The position numbers were made by a program, and so were the translations under genes. This document shows, piece by piece, positions 8,228 through 17,364 of a stretch of 64,000 bases of DNA. This stretch comes from Candidatus Micrarchaeota archaeon (GTDB taxonomy: Archaea > Micrarchaeota > Micrarchaeia > Micrarchaeales > Micrarchaeaceae), in NCBI GenBank assembly GCA_021797895.1, contig JAJZYW010000001.1:25506-89505 (forward strand). Reading direction: 5' to 3'. The number at the start of each line of letters is the position of its first letter. Positions within the stretch are counted from its first letter, which is position 1. The notes beneath the pieces were generated by a model. That model saw only the letters and a program-made list of their open reading frames with translations, was not told the origin of the DNA and searched no databases.

Positions 8228-11200
8228 ATGTTATACATAGACAGGATAGTCCTGCACAACTTCAAATCATTTAGGCACGCCAGCATAGCGTTCAGAAAGA
8301 ACTTCAATTGCATAGTGGGGCCCAACGGTTCAGGAAAATCTAATGTGTGCGATTCGCTGCTTTTTGCGCTGGGCGAGAGCTCGCTCAGGAGACTCAGAAT
8401 AGTGTCACCGACGCAGCTTCTCAACGAGGATGTCAAGAAGGGCAGGAACGAGGAGATGCGCAGGGCATACGTCAAGGTGGTCATGGGAGGCGACGCCAAC
8501 GTGGAGATAATAAGGTATGCACGCGAGGACAGGAAGATGGGCTACAGGCTCAACGGAAAGCATACCACCAAGCAGGATGTTGTGGAATTCCTTAAGGGAC
8601 ACGGGGGCGACGTGAACGAGACCAACACCATAGCACAGGGAGAGATAGTAAGGATATTGAACATGAACAGCAAGGAGCGCAGGGAGATCATAGACATTGC
8701 TGCTGGGATAAACGAATTTGACAAGAAAAAGGAGGCTGCCGAGAAGGAGCTGGAGAGGGTTGAGGAAAAGCTCGGCGAGGCGCATGGCATGCTTAACGAG
8801 AGGAGGGGATTCCTTAACGAGCTGAAGAAGGAGAAGGAAGATGCAGAGAGATACAAGGAGTTCGCGGACCAGGCAAAGCTGCTGGCATTCAGCATACTCA
8901 CCGCAAGGGAAAATGCCCTCATGGATGAGCTGGAAACGCACAGGGAACAGCTCTCCAAAGCAAACGCCAGAAAGGACGGGATATCCAAGGAGCTCATAGG
9001 GATAGACTCAGACATAGAAAGCCTGTCTTCCGAAAGGAGGAAGCTCGCAGAGGAGCTCAACAGGCATTCAATAGAGGCCAGCTCGGCAAACAACGCTATC
9101 GAAGGGATAAAGAGGGAGCTGGCAGTTGTCGACGAAAGGCTTTCCTCATCAAAAGCTTCAAGGGCGAAGGCAGAGGAAACGCTGGCTAAGACATCTTCGG
9201 AGATCGAGAAGCATTCTAAGAAGAGCGGTGAGCTCAAGGCCGAGCTGGAATCGCTGCGCAACGAGATCGGCGGGTTCAAAAATTATGAGGAAATCGACGA
9301 GAGCGGCAATTATGCGGACATTGCGGAAAGGTACTCGAAGCTAAGCGCCGAGATCTCGGCGCTTGAGGAGGAGCATTCTGCCACGGCAATCAGGGGCGCA
9401 GGAATTGAGAACAGAATGCATTCGCTCGAAGAAACGCTGTCGAGATACAATTCTGAAATGGGACAGCTTCAGGCGAGGCTCTCAGAGAACGCAGTGGCAT
9501 TGAAGAAAGCGCTCGAAGCCGTGGAGTTAGCCGGCAAGGCAAAGGAGGATGCGCTGAAGGAGGATGCTGAAATTGTCTCAAAGATTGCAGAAATGAAGAA
9601 GGCATCCGAGAAAGCCGGCGAGGAAATGATACGCGTGAGGGAGCAAATCGCCATGCACGGCGGCGCGGGCGCGGCGATAGAAGCCAAGCTTCGCGAAGAG
9701 ATAGGAGAGGGCTTCCATGGAAGGGCATACCAGCTGTGCGCGTATCCAGAAGAGTTCGAGGCAGCGATAAACGCATCGGCGGGAAGCAGGCTAGGATATT
9801 TTGTTGTAGACAACGCTTCGATTGCATCGATGGCGATAGAGGTGCTCAAGAAGCGCGACATGGGAAGGGCGTCATTCATACCGATTGAGGATGTAGTGAA
9901 ATACGAGATTGACAGGAGCGGCAGGGGACTTAAGCCGATAATAGACCACGTACAGTTTGACGAGCGTTATTCAAAGGTGTTCAACTTCATATTTTCGAAC
10001 ACATACCTTGTCGGAAGCATAGCAGAAGCAAAAAAGAATGGCATAGGAAAAAGGAGGTATGTGACACTTGAAGGCGACCTTGTAGAGAACACGGGAGTCA
10101 TAAGCGGTGGCAGGAACAGGGCTGCAAAAAGCCCCATGATGCTAGAATCGCAGCTTGCAGCTCTCCGCACAAAACTCTCGGATATATCTGATAAGATGGC
10201 AAAGCTTGAAGCAGGAAGGAAGCCCATTGGGGAGCGCATTGCGAGAGCAGAGACCGATCTGATCAGGCATAATGCTGCGATAAGCAGCACACATGCATCA
10301 GAATCCGAGATTAATGCGGCGATAGCCAAGCTCGAAACGGATGCTGAACGCATAAGCAGGGAGCTTGACGGCGAGAAGGCAATGCTTGACAAGTTGGGCA
10401 ACGAGAAGGCTGTCATGGAAAAAAGGCTTAGCGCGGCGAAAGCGGAGGCGCAGGCGCTTAGGGGGCAGCTCGGCGACTCGTCGGCAGCAAAGAGGGGCGG
10501 GGCGGCAGTGGAAGCGGTAAAGAAGGCTAAGGAGGCGAGGGCCAGGCTCGAAGTGCTTAAGGTGAAGGCTGCCGGCGTGGAGAAGGAGCTGGAGTTGGTT
10601 GGGGAGAGGTCCTTGGCGCTTGAGGAAGAGCGCAAGGCGCAGGGCAGGTCCATAAAAGAGTTGATAGCAGAGGAGAAGGAGCTCTCTTTGAAGAGGGCGA
10701 AGCTTGAGGCGGACAGGAAGGAGCTTGAGGGAAACATGAACAGCAAGGATTCGTTCGCAAAGGAGCTGTATGCAAAGGTTTCGGAGCACGAGAAAAAGAT
10801 ATCGGAATTGGGTTTCAGGAGCGGCACGCTTAAGAGCGAGATGGAAAGGCTTGAGCGCAGCGCGATAGAGCTCTCTGGAAAGATCAGCCAGGCAGAGGTC
10901 AGGATAGGGGATATAAAGGCGGAAAAAAGGAGCTACGAGGATATAGTGCCGCTCGATATGCCACTTGACCAAATGGAGCAGAAACTCGGTGCAGCCCGCG
11001 CAGGAATGGAAAGGCTCGGATCGGTAAACATGAAGGCGCCTGAAATGTACGCCGAAAGGAGCAGGGAGGTGGAAGAAGCGGAGGAGAGGCTCAGGACAAT
11101 AAGCATGGAGAAAACTTCTATACTTGACATGATAAACGAGATAGAGTCGAAGAAGATAAGCGTTTTTGGGGAGGTGTTCGACAGCATCAACGCTAACTTC

Positions 11201-11626
11201 AAGAGGATATACAAGCTCGCATACGATGGCGAAGCCGAAATGAGGCTGGAGAACCAGAAGAATCCGTTCTCTTCCGGGCTGCAGATAATAATCAAGGAGG
11301 GCGGCAGGACAAGGAGCGTCGAGGCCCTTTCCGGAGGCGAAAAATCATTCGTGCTGATAATGCTCATATTTGCCATACAGATGAGGAGGCAGATGTCCTT
11401 TTACATATTCGACGAAATAGATTCCGCGCTTGACAAGGAAAACTCGAAAAAGCTTTCATTGCTTCTGAAACGCCTGGGCGAGAGCTCGCAGTTCATAGTG
11501 GTAAGCCACAACGACTCACTGATAGCGTATGCAGATACTGTCATAGGAGTAGCGAAACACGATGGCGAGTCGAAGGCGGTAGGCATCGAGGCAAGCGCAA
11601 GCGGCGTAGAGGGCAGGGAGTTGTAA
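8228..11626 (+). CDS. smc: Chromosome segregation protein SMC
   Basis: 1132 aa. Walker A GPNGSGKSN, long coiled-coil arms around a hinge (GRAYQLC...GYFVVD), signature LSGGEKS and Walker B FYIFDEIDSALD. Confidence 0.95.
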   Translation: MLYIDRIVLHNFKSFRHASIAFRKNFNCIVGPNGSGKSNVCDSLLFALGESSLRRLRIVSPTQLLNEDVKKGRNEEMRRAYVKVVMGGDANVEIIRYAREDRKMGYRLNGKHTTKQDVVEFLKGHGGDVNETNTIAQGEIVRILNMNSKERREIIDIAAGINEFDKKKEAAEKELERVEEKLGEAHGMLNERRGFLNELKKEKEDAERYKEFADQAKLLAFSILTARENALMDELETHREQLSKANARKDGISKELIGIDSDIESLSSERRKLAEELNRHSIEASSANNAIEGIKRELAVVDERLSSSKASRAKAEETLAKTSSEIEKHSKKSGELKAELESLRNEIGGFKNYEEIDESGNYADIAERYSKLSAEISALEEEHSATAIRGAGIENRMHSLEETLSRYNSEMGQLQARLSENAVALKKALEAVELAGKAKEDALKEDAEIVSKIAEMKKASEKAGEEMIRVREQIAMHGGAGAAIEAKLREEIGEGFHGRAYQLCAYPEEFEAAINASAGSRLGYFVVDNASIASMAIEVLKKRDMGRASFIPIEDVVKYEIDRSGRGLKPIIDHVQFDERYSKVFNFIFSNTYLVGSIAEAKKNGIGKRRYVTLEGDLVENTGVISGGRNRAAKSPMMLESQLAALRTKLSDISDKMAKLEAGRKPIGERIARAETDLIRHNAAISSTHASESEINAAIAKLETDAERISRELDGEKAMLDKLGNEKAVMEKRLSAAKAEAQALRGQLGDSSAAKRGGAAVEAVKKAKEARARLEVLKVKAAGVEKELELVGERSLALEEERKAQGRSIKELIAEEKELSLKRAKLEADRKELEGNMNSKDSFAKELYAKVSEHEKKISELGFRSGTLKSEMERLERSAIELSGKISQAEVRIGDIKAEKRSYEDIVPLDMPLDQMEQKLGAARAGMERLGSVNMKAPEMYAERSREVEEAEERLRTISMEKTSILDMINEIESKKISVFGEVFDSINANFKRIYKLAYDGEAEMRLENQKNPFSSGLQIIIKEGGRTRSVEALSGGEKSFVLIMLIFAIQMRRQMSFYIFDEIDSALDKENSKKLSLLLKRLGESSQFIVVSHNDSLIAYADTVIGVAKHDGESKAVGIEASASGVEGREL

Positions 11627-12633
11627 TGAAGGGCAAGGAGAGGAGGAGAAGAAAGAGCGAGAGTCGCAGCAAAGGCATAACCATCTGGCCGCTCTATGTC
11701 GTATTCGCGATACTTCTGGTGCTTTACATAAGGTTCAACAGCAACGGAATTCTTTCGATAGCGCTGGGAGCTGCGTCATTTATCGTGCTTGTAATTATAG
11801 TGGGCTTAGAGCTTGTTAGCGGGGTAAACAGGAGCAACGCTGTGCGGGAAGGCACCGAGATAGTCATAGCCATAGCAGTAGTAATTGGGCTGTGGCTATT
11901 CCTGCGCTTTGCTCTGAACACTCCGACGCCGCTGGATGTTGTGCCAAGCTGCTCCATGCTCCCCGTACTGCACAGGGGGGACATGATAGCGATACAGGGA
12001 TTGAACGTGACTAAGCTCAGGGCACCAGTAGTCGACGTGACAAAGCAGGAGTTTTCCTCCATGCTAAGCAACATAGGACTCGAGTTCAATGCATGCGTGG
12101 CGTACGAGAACTATTCAGGAGGGGCGCTCATATCGCAGGAAGTGAAGAAAGGCTATTCGGTAGGTCTTCTGGCAACAGGTGACGGACCGGAGCACATAAT
12201 ATCAAACGCCTCGCAGTCGGGAAATCTTGTCAGGTATTACTGCGGGGAGAGAAAGGTCGTCTTCGACAACGGCATATCGTACAACGAAGCTTACACCGAA
12301 GCGATAGCAATAGGCAATACGGTAATAACAGGAGACAGGAATAATTCGATTATCGTCTATACAACAGTGCCGCAGGATTCGTTCTACGCTGCAGGCGATT
12401 CATACGTAGTGCACCGCGTATACGCAATAATAAATGCAAGCGGAAGCTACTATGTGCTCACCAAGGGAGACAACAACCCTGGGCTGGACATGCAGTACGG
12501 CAACCTTCCTGTAAACAGCTCATACGTGAATGGCAAGGTCATAGGCTCTATCCCGCTCATCGGATACGCCAAGCTCATACTGAGCGGCGACTTTTCGCAG
12601 CCTTCAGGATGCAACTACACCATAACGCACTGA
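11626..12633 (+). CDS. Archaeal Sec11-type signal peptidase I with a large insertion between the Ser and His boxes
   Basis: SCSMLP (Ser box), RGDMIAIQG, VVHRV (His box) and TKGDNNPGLD. Hydrophobic N-terminal helices are present. The start ATG overlaps the smc stop (TAATG). Confidence 0.75.
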   Translation: MKGKERRRRKSESRSKGITIWPLYVVFAILLVLYIRFNSNGILSIALGAASFIVLVIIVGLELVSGVNRSNAVREGTEIVIAIAVVIGLWLFLRFALNTPTPLDVVPSCSMLPVLHRGDMIAIQGLNVTKLRAPVVDVTKQEFSSMLSNIGLEFNACVAYENYSGGALISQEVKKGYSVGLLATGDGPEHIISNASQSGNLVRYYCGERKVVFDNGISYNEAYTEAIAIGNTVITGDRNNSIIVYTTVPQDSFYAAGDSYVVHRVYAIINASGSYYVLTKGDNNPGLDMQYGNLPVNSSYVNGKVIGSIPLIGYAKLILSGDFSQPSGCNYTITH

Positions 12634-12751
12634 TTTCCTGGGCGCTAACGAATATCGGCATTTTCAATAATTATATATACTTTTCCCTACTATAATCGTA
12701 TGCATCGGCGCCTGCAGATTGATGCCGGCATCGTTTACCTTTTCTCAAAGG

Positions 12752-13063
12752 ATGAATATGGCAGATTTAAACGGAGATGTTAGACTGGCTGTGGATAGCG
12801 GAGAGACTGCAATCGGGGCAAGGAGTACGTTGAAGTCTCTCATGGAGGGCACGGCCAAGCTCGTAGTGGCGACGTCGAAGAGCAAAAAGGAGCTTGTGGA
12901 CGACCTGAACCACCTGTCCAAGATTTCCGGAATAAAAGTCATAATATTCGAGGGCACGCCAATGGAATTCGGCGCTGTCTGCGGAAAGCCCTATTCGGTA
13001 TCGGCGATATCGATAATACAGCCTGGAGACTCTGGGATACTTAAAAATTTTAGCAGTGATTGA
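12752..13063 (+). CDS. rpl30e: 50S ribosomal protein L30e
   Basis: LAVDSGETAIGARSTLKSL...KLVVATS...GIKVIIFEGTPMEFGAVCGKPYSVSAISI matches the L30e/L7Ae fold. The internal ATG at 12752 (or 12758) is preferred to 12719. Confidence 0.85.
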   Translation: MNMADLNGDVRLAVDSGETAIGARSTLKSLMEGTAKLVVATSKSKKELVDDLNHLSKISGIKVIIFEGTPMEFGAVCGKPYSVSAISIIQPGDSGILKNFSSD

Positions 13064-13492
13064 TTGCCTAACGGTGAATTTGCAGCGAGGAAACTGGTGA
13101 AGCAGAGGAAAAGGCAGCGCATGCTTAAGAAGTGGCTGAAGAGGAAGAAACTGAAGCTAAAGCAGAAGTACGACGCAGTAGGCACTGTTCCTAGGGCGAA
13201 GGCTCTGGTTCTGCAGAAATTCGTAGTTGAGCAGAAGCAGCCGCACTCCGGGCAGATAAAGTGCGTGCGCGTGCAGCTGATAAAGAACAATAGGGTTGTT
13301 GGCGCTTTCGTGCCTCATGACGGCTCAATAAACTTCATAGATGAGCACGACGAAGTGACGATAGAGGGAATGGGAGGCTCCCAGAGAGGGCAGATGGGCA
13401 GCATACCAGGAATGAAATACAAGGTCGTCGAGATAAACGGGGCGAGCCTTGAGGAGGTAAGGACCGGAAGAAAGGACAAACCCAAGAGGTAA
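13064..13492 (+). CDS. rps12: 30S ribosomal protein S12 (uS12)
   Basis: ...PRAKALVLQKFVVEQKQPHSGQIKCVRVQLIKNNRVVGAFVPHDGSINFIDEHDEVTIEGMGG... is typical archaeal S12P. TTG start directly after the L30e stop. Confidence 0.9.
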   Translation: MPNGEFAARKLVKQRKRQRMLKKWLKRKKLKLKQKYDAVGTVPRAKALVLQKFVVEQKQPHSGQIKCVRVQLIKNNRVVGAFVPHDGSINFIDEHDEVTIEGMGGSQRGQMGSIPGMKYKVVEINGASLEEVRTGRKDKPKR

Positions 13493-13498
13493 TGATTT

Positions 13499-14233
13499 AT
13501 GGCTGAGGAGAGCGTTGTTCAGGAAACTGGAATTGATTCGGATAAAGCCACTGCAGAAAAGCAGAAAAAGGCGCCAAAGAAGCAGTCCAGGAAGGCGGCG
13601 AAGCCCGCAGCCGAAACAGAAGGGCAGAATAAGGAGAGGATGCTTTTCGAGAAATACAGCTATGACGTAAAGGTTGAAGACCTGAGCCTGAAAAGGTACA
13701 TAGACCTGACGCCGCTCGAATACCCGAGCACATTCAGGAGAAGGAGCCAGAAGGACCTGTCAAAGGCGTCGCTCAACATTGTCGAAAGGCTGGAGAACTC
13801 CATGATGAGGGGAGGCACAGGGGGCAGAGTAGGCGGAAAGACGATCAGGACTGAGGGAAGGCTTCAGGGCAAAAAGATAAAGGTCATGCACATAATAGAA
13901 AAGGCGTTTGATGCCATACACGAGAAATCGGATACGAACCCGCTTCAGTTGTATGTCAAGGCTCTCGAGAACAGCGCGCCGATAGAGGACACAACAAGGG
14001 TAAGGTACGGAGGTATAATATCGAACGTTGCAGTTGACATAAGCGCCAGCAGGAGGCTCGACATAGCGCTGAAGAACATTGCTATGGCTACTGTGATAGG
14101 ATCCTTCGGCAAGAAGAGAAGGATGTACGACGTCCTGGCTAACGAGATAATGCTTGCGGCTAACAACGACATCAACAGCTATGCAGTGAAGAGGAAGAAC
14201 GAGATAGAGCGCATGGCAAGGAGCGCAAAGTGA
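13499..14233 (+). CDS. rps7: 30S ribosomal protein S7 (uS7) with a Lys-rich N-terminal extension
   Basis: The core LFEKYSYDVKVEDLSLKRYI...NSMMRGG...AIEDTTRVRYGG...AANNDINSYAVKRKNEIERMA matches archaeal S7P. About 48 extra N-terminal residues are rich in K, A and E. Confidence 0.9.
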   Translation: MAEESVVQETGIDSDKATAEKQKKAPKKQSRKAAKPAAETEGQNKERMLFEKYSYDVKVEDLSLKRYIDLTPLEYPSTFRRRSQKDLSKASLNIVERLENSMMRGGTGGRVGGKTIRTEGRLQGKKIKVMHIIEKAFDAIHEKSDTNPLQLYVKALENSAPIEDTTRVRYGGIISNVAVDISASRRLDIALKNIAMATVIGSFGKKRRMYDVLANEIMLAANNDINSYAVKRKNEIERMARSAK

Positions 14234-14249
14234 GTCATGGTGCGTATTT

Positions 14250-16442
14250 ATGGTAAGGAAAGAATTTGTAGTTGAAGAAGTAACGCGCATAATGAAGGAC
14301 GTTACCAGCGTCAGGAACATAGGCATAATAGCGCACGTTCACCACGGAAAGACTACCCTTACCGATTCCCTTCTTGCAAAGGCGGGCCTCATACCGAAGT
14401 CGGCTGCGGGGGACGTGCTCTACACCAACTATGAGGCGATAGAGAAGGACAGGAGGATGACGATAAAGAGCGCCTACATATCCCTGGGATTCACATATGA
14501 AGACAAGGATTACATTATAAACCTGATAGACACGCCAGGCCACGTTGATTTTGGAGGACACGTCACCAGGGCGATGAGAGCAGTTGACGGCGTGGTGCTC
14601 GTAGTTGACCCAGTAGAGGGGGTCATGCCGCAGACTGAGACAGTGCTGAGGCAGGCATTGAAGGAAAGGGCCAAGCCAGTACTTTTCGTAAACAAGGTGG
14701 ACAGGCTGCTTAACGAGCTGAGGCTCACTCCGGAACAGACGCAGGAGAGGCTTGGCGCACTGATAGGGGACATAAACAGGATGATAGAGCAGTATTCTCC
14801 AGAAGAATTCGCCGACAAATGGAAGGTCAGCGTTGAAGGTGGCAGCGTATGCTTCGGCTCGGCGATGAAGAGATGGGCCATATCGGTTAGGATGATGAAG
14901 CAGAAGAACGTCTCCTTCAAGCAGGTTTTCGAGTATACTGCGGCTGGTGACGAGGCAAAACTGCAGGACATAGCACCCATAGAGGATGCCATACTATCGA
15001 TGGTAGTGGAGCACCTGCCTAGCCCGAAAGAGGCGCAAGTATACAGAGTGCCCATCATGTGGCATGGGGACATGTCTTCCGTTGACGGCCAAGCCATGGC
15101 CAACACAGATGCGACTGCCAAGGCCAACATGGTGACTTTTGGGGTCGCGTATGACCAGCACAGCGGAGAGGTCATAATAACAAGGATATTTTCTGGCACT
15201 GTAAAGAAGGGCATGGAGTTCTACGTGAGCGGCAAGACCAACAAGCAGCGCATCCAGCAGGTTGCGCTGTACATGGGTCCGGACAGGATAATAGTTGACG
15301 AGGTCCCTGCAGGAAATATAGCCGCACTTATAGGACTCAAGGACCTTTCAATAGGGGACACGGTAAGCGAAAACCAGATAGAGGCTTTCGAAAGCATAAC
15401 CCACTACTCTAAGCCCGTAGTAACAAAGGCAATAGAGGCAAAGGACTCCAGGGACATGACAAAGCTCATAGAGGCGCTCAGGATACTTTCAAAGGAGGAC
15501 GCCACGCTGAAGGTGGAGATAAGCCAGGAAACGGGCGAGCATCTCATAAGCGGAATAGGAGAACTCCATTTAGATGTAATAGAGACGAAGATAAGGGACG
15601 AGTTCAAGGTCCCTATAATAACGAGCGAGCCTATAGTTGTTTACAACGAGACTATAAGCGGCAAGGCTGGCCCTGTAATGGGCAAGTCGCCAAACAAGCA
15701 CTCCAGGTTCTTTGTGACTGTTGAGCCGCTGCCTGAAAAAACACTCGCCGCGATAGACGAGGGCAAGATAAGGGAGGGCAAGCCGAAAGGGCAGCTCGCA
15801 GTTGACGCTTTCATCGAGGCTGGGCTTGACAGGCCGACTGCCAAGGGCGTGGTTGACGTATGCAACAGGAACATAATGGTTGATGCGACGCACGGAGTGC
15901 AGTACCTCAACGAGGTCATGGAGCTTCTCATAGACGGATTCGAGCAGGCAGTGAAGGACGGACCGCTTGCAAGGGAGAAATGCGCCGGCGTGCTGGTGAG
16001 CATAGTCGACGCGACGATACACGAGGATCCGGTGCACAGGGGCCCAGCGCAGATCATACCTGCGATAAGGAACGCTATATATGCGGCAATGCTCAGCGCA
16101 GGCATAACTCTTGTTGAGCCGAAGCAGAACTTTACGATAAGCATACCACAGGACAACATGTCAGATGTGATATCGTTCCTGCAAGGCAAGCGCGGGCAGA
16201 TAGTCACGGTAAACCAGGAAAGGGCAGAGGTTACTATAGTCGCAAAGCTGCCTGTAGCCGAAACTCTGAAGAGCTTTTCAAACGACCTTAGGGGGCTTAC
16301 ACAGGGAAGAGCGGTATGGTACACCGAGTTCGCCGGTTATGAAAGGCTGCCAGGGGAGCTGCAGAACAAGGTAGTTAGGGACATAAGGGTAAGGAAGGGA
16401 CAGCCGCCAGAGCCGCCGGGCCCGGAGCAGTTCCTTGACTGA
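14250..16442 (+). CDS. fusA: Translation elongation factor 2 (aEF-2)
   Basis: GTPase motifs AHVHHGKTT, DTPGHVDF and NKVD. The diphthamide-site sequence HEDPVHRGPAQI lies near the C-terminus. 730 aa. Confidence 0.95.
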   Translation: MVRKEFVVEEVTRIMKDVTSVRNIGIIAHVHHGKTTLTDSLLAKAGLIPKSAAGDVLYTNYEAIEKDRRMTIKSAYISLGFTYEDKDYIINLIDTPGHVDFGGHVTRAMRAVDGVVLVVDPVEGVMPQTETVLRQALKERAKPVLFVNKVDRLLNELRLTPEQTQERLGALIGDINRMIEQYSPEEFADKWKVSVEGGSVCFGSAMKRWAISVRMMKQKNVSFKQVFEYTAAGDEAKLQDIAPIEDAILSMVVEHLPSPKEAQVYRVPIMWHGDMSSVDGQAMANTDATAKANMVTFGVAYDQHSGEVIITRIFSGTVKKGMEFYVSGKTNKQRIQQVALYMGPDRIIVDEVPAGNIAALIGLKDLSIGDTVSENQIEAFESITHYSKPVVTKAIEAKDSRDMTKLIEALRILSKEDATLKVEISQETGEHLISGIGELHLDVIETKIRDEFKVPIITSEPIVVYNETISGKAGPVMGKSPNKHSRFFVTVEPLPEKTLAAIDEGKIREGKPKGQLAVDAFIEAGLDRPTAKGVVDVCNRNIMVDATHGVQYLNEVMELLIDGFEQAVKDGPLAREKCAGVLVSIVDATIHEDPVHRGPAQIIPAIRNAIYAAMLSAGITLVEPKQNFTISIPQDNMSDVISFLQGKRGQIVTVNQERAEVTIVAKLPVAETLKSFSNDLRGLTQGRAVWYTEFAGYERLPGELQNKVVRDIRVRKGQPPEPPGPEQFLD

Positions 16443-16523
16443 CGCCCAATGTTTATATATGTTTGCTAGCAATCTATTATTGCAATTTCTATTTACTGGA
16501 TGATGGAAACTGACGGTGTTATT

Positions 16524-16922
16524 ATGGCAAAGTCTTTCGTAAAATTCGAAGTCCCAGAGGAAGTGGTCAAAAAAACCTACGAGGCGCTTCAGCTTGTGAA
16601 GCAGTCCGGCAGCGTGAAGAAGGGCTCGAACGAGGTCACCAAGAGCGTCGAACGCGGGCTTGCCTCTTTCGTAGTTATCGCCGAGGACGTCGACCCTGAA
16701 GAGGTCGTTATGCACATACCGTCCATATGCGAGCAGAAGAAAATCGCTTACACCTATGTACCAAACAAGCTTGAGCTTGGGAAGTCGATAGGGCTCAACG
16801 TGCCTTGCACTGCAGTAGCGGTAGAGAATCAGGGCAATGCATCACAGAGCATAAAGGACATCATATCGAGGCTTACTGGAAGCTCAAAGAAGGAGCAGGC
16901 GCAGGAGAAGAAGCAGGAGTGA
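16524..16922 (+). CDS. rpl7ae: 50S ribosomal protein L7Ae (K-turn binding)
   Basis: VPEEVVKKTYEALQLVKQSGSVKKGSNEVTKSVERGLASFVVIAEDVDPEEVVMHIP matches L7Ae. A short charged C-terminal tail follows. The L7Ae-S28e-L24e order is conserved. Confidence 0.9.
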   Translation: MAKSFVKFEVPEEVVKKTYEALQLVKQSGSVKKGSNEVTKSVERGLASFVVIAEDVDPEEVVMHIPSICEQKKIAYTYVPNKLELGKSIGLNVPCTAVAVENQGNASQSIKDIISRLTGSSKKEQAQEKKQE

Positions 16923-16928
16923 TAATTT

Positions 16929-17162
16929 ATGGAAGGAGAGTCGCAGCAGCAGTTTTCAGGATTCCTCGCAGAGATAGTGGAGATAAATAAGAAGAGAAAG
17001 ACAGGCATATATGGCGAGATATACCAGGTAAGCTGCAAGATTCTCGAAGGAAGGGACAAGGGAAGGATAATAAGGAGAAACATGCTTGGGCCGGCGATGG
17101 TGGGCGACGTGATAAGGCTGCCTGATACTAACAGGGAGGCTCGCGAGATCAAGGTGAAGTGA
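16929..17162 (+). CDS. rps28e: 30S ribosomal protein S28e
   Basis: GFLAEIVEI...TGIYGEIYQVSCKILEGRDKGRIIRRNMLGPAMVGDVIRLPDTNREAREI matches S28e. Confidence 0.9.
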   Translation: MEGESQQQFSGFLAEIVEINKKRKTGIYGEIYQVSCKILEGRDKGRIIRRNMLGPAMVGDVIRLPDTNREAREIKVK

Positions 17163-17166
17163 TATT

Positions 17167-17343
17167 ATGGAATGCTCTTACTGCTCGAAGCCCATAAAGC
17201 AGGGAACCGGTATAATGTACGTCTTCAGGACCGGCGCAATAAAGTACTACTGCTCGGGCAGATGCTACAAGAACAGCATAGTGATAAAGAGGAAGATCAA
17301 CAAGAAGCTTGTAGCACACAGATCGAAGTCAAATCACGCTTGA
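17167..17343 (+). CDS. rpl24e: 50S ribosomal protein L24e
   Basis: 58-aa ORF below the track threshold: MECSYCSKPIKQGTGIMYVFRTGAIKYYCSGRCYKNSIVIKRKINKKLVAHRSKSNHA. This is the L24e zinc-ribbon pattern. The track ORF 17172-17378 is in another frame. Confidence 0.85.
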   Translation: MECSYCSKPIKQGTGIMYVFRTGAIKYYCSGRCYKNSIVIKRKINKKLVAHRSKSNHA

Positions 17344-17364
17344 ACTTTTTTAAAACTGCGCTTT

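Noticed and set aside
8542-10827. Long antisense ORFs inside smc (for example 8542-9279, 9967-10827 and 10298-10972), and similar ones opposite gyrA (51912-53285), gyrB (55103-55630), radA (59805-60656), ftsZ (17768-18379) and the thermosome gene (36344-37987).
   Set aside because: They lie opposite strongly conserved genes. Their translations are low-complexity and Ser/Leu/Ala-rich, as expected for the reverse frame of Glu/Lys-rich coding sequence, and they carry no recognisable motifs. They are shadow ORFs.
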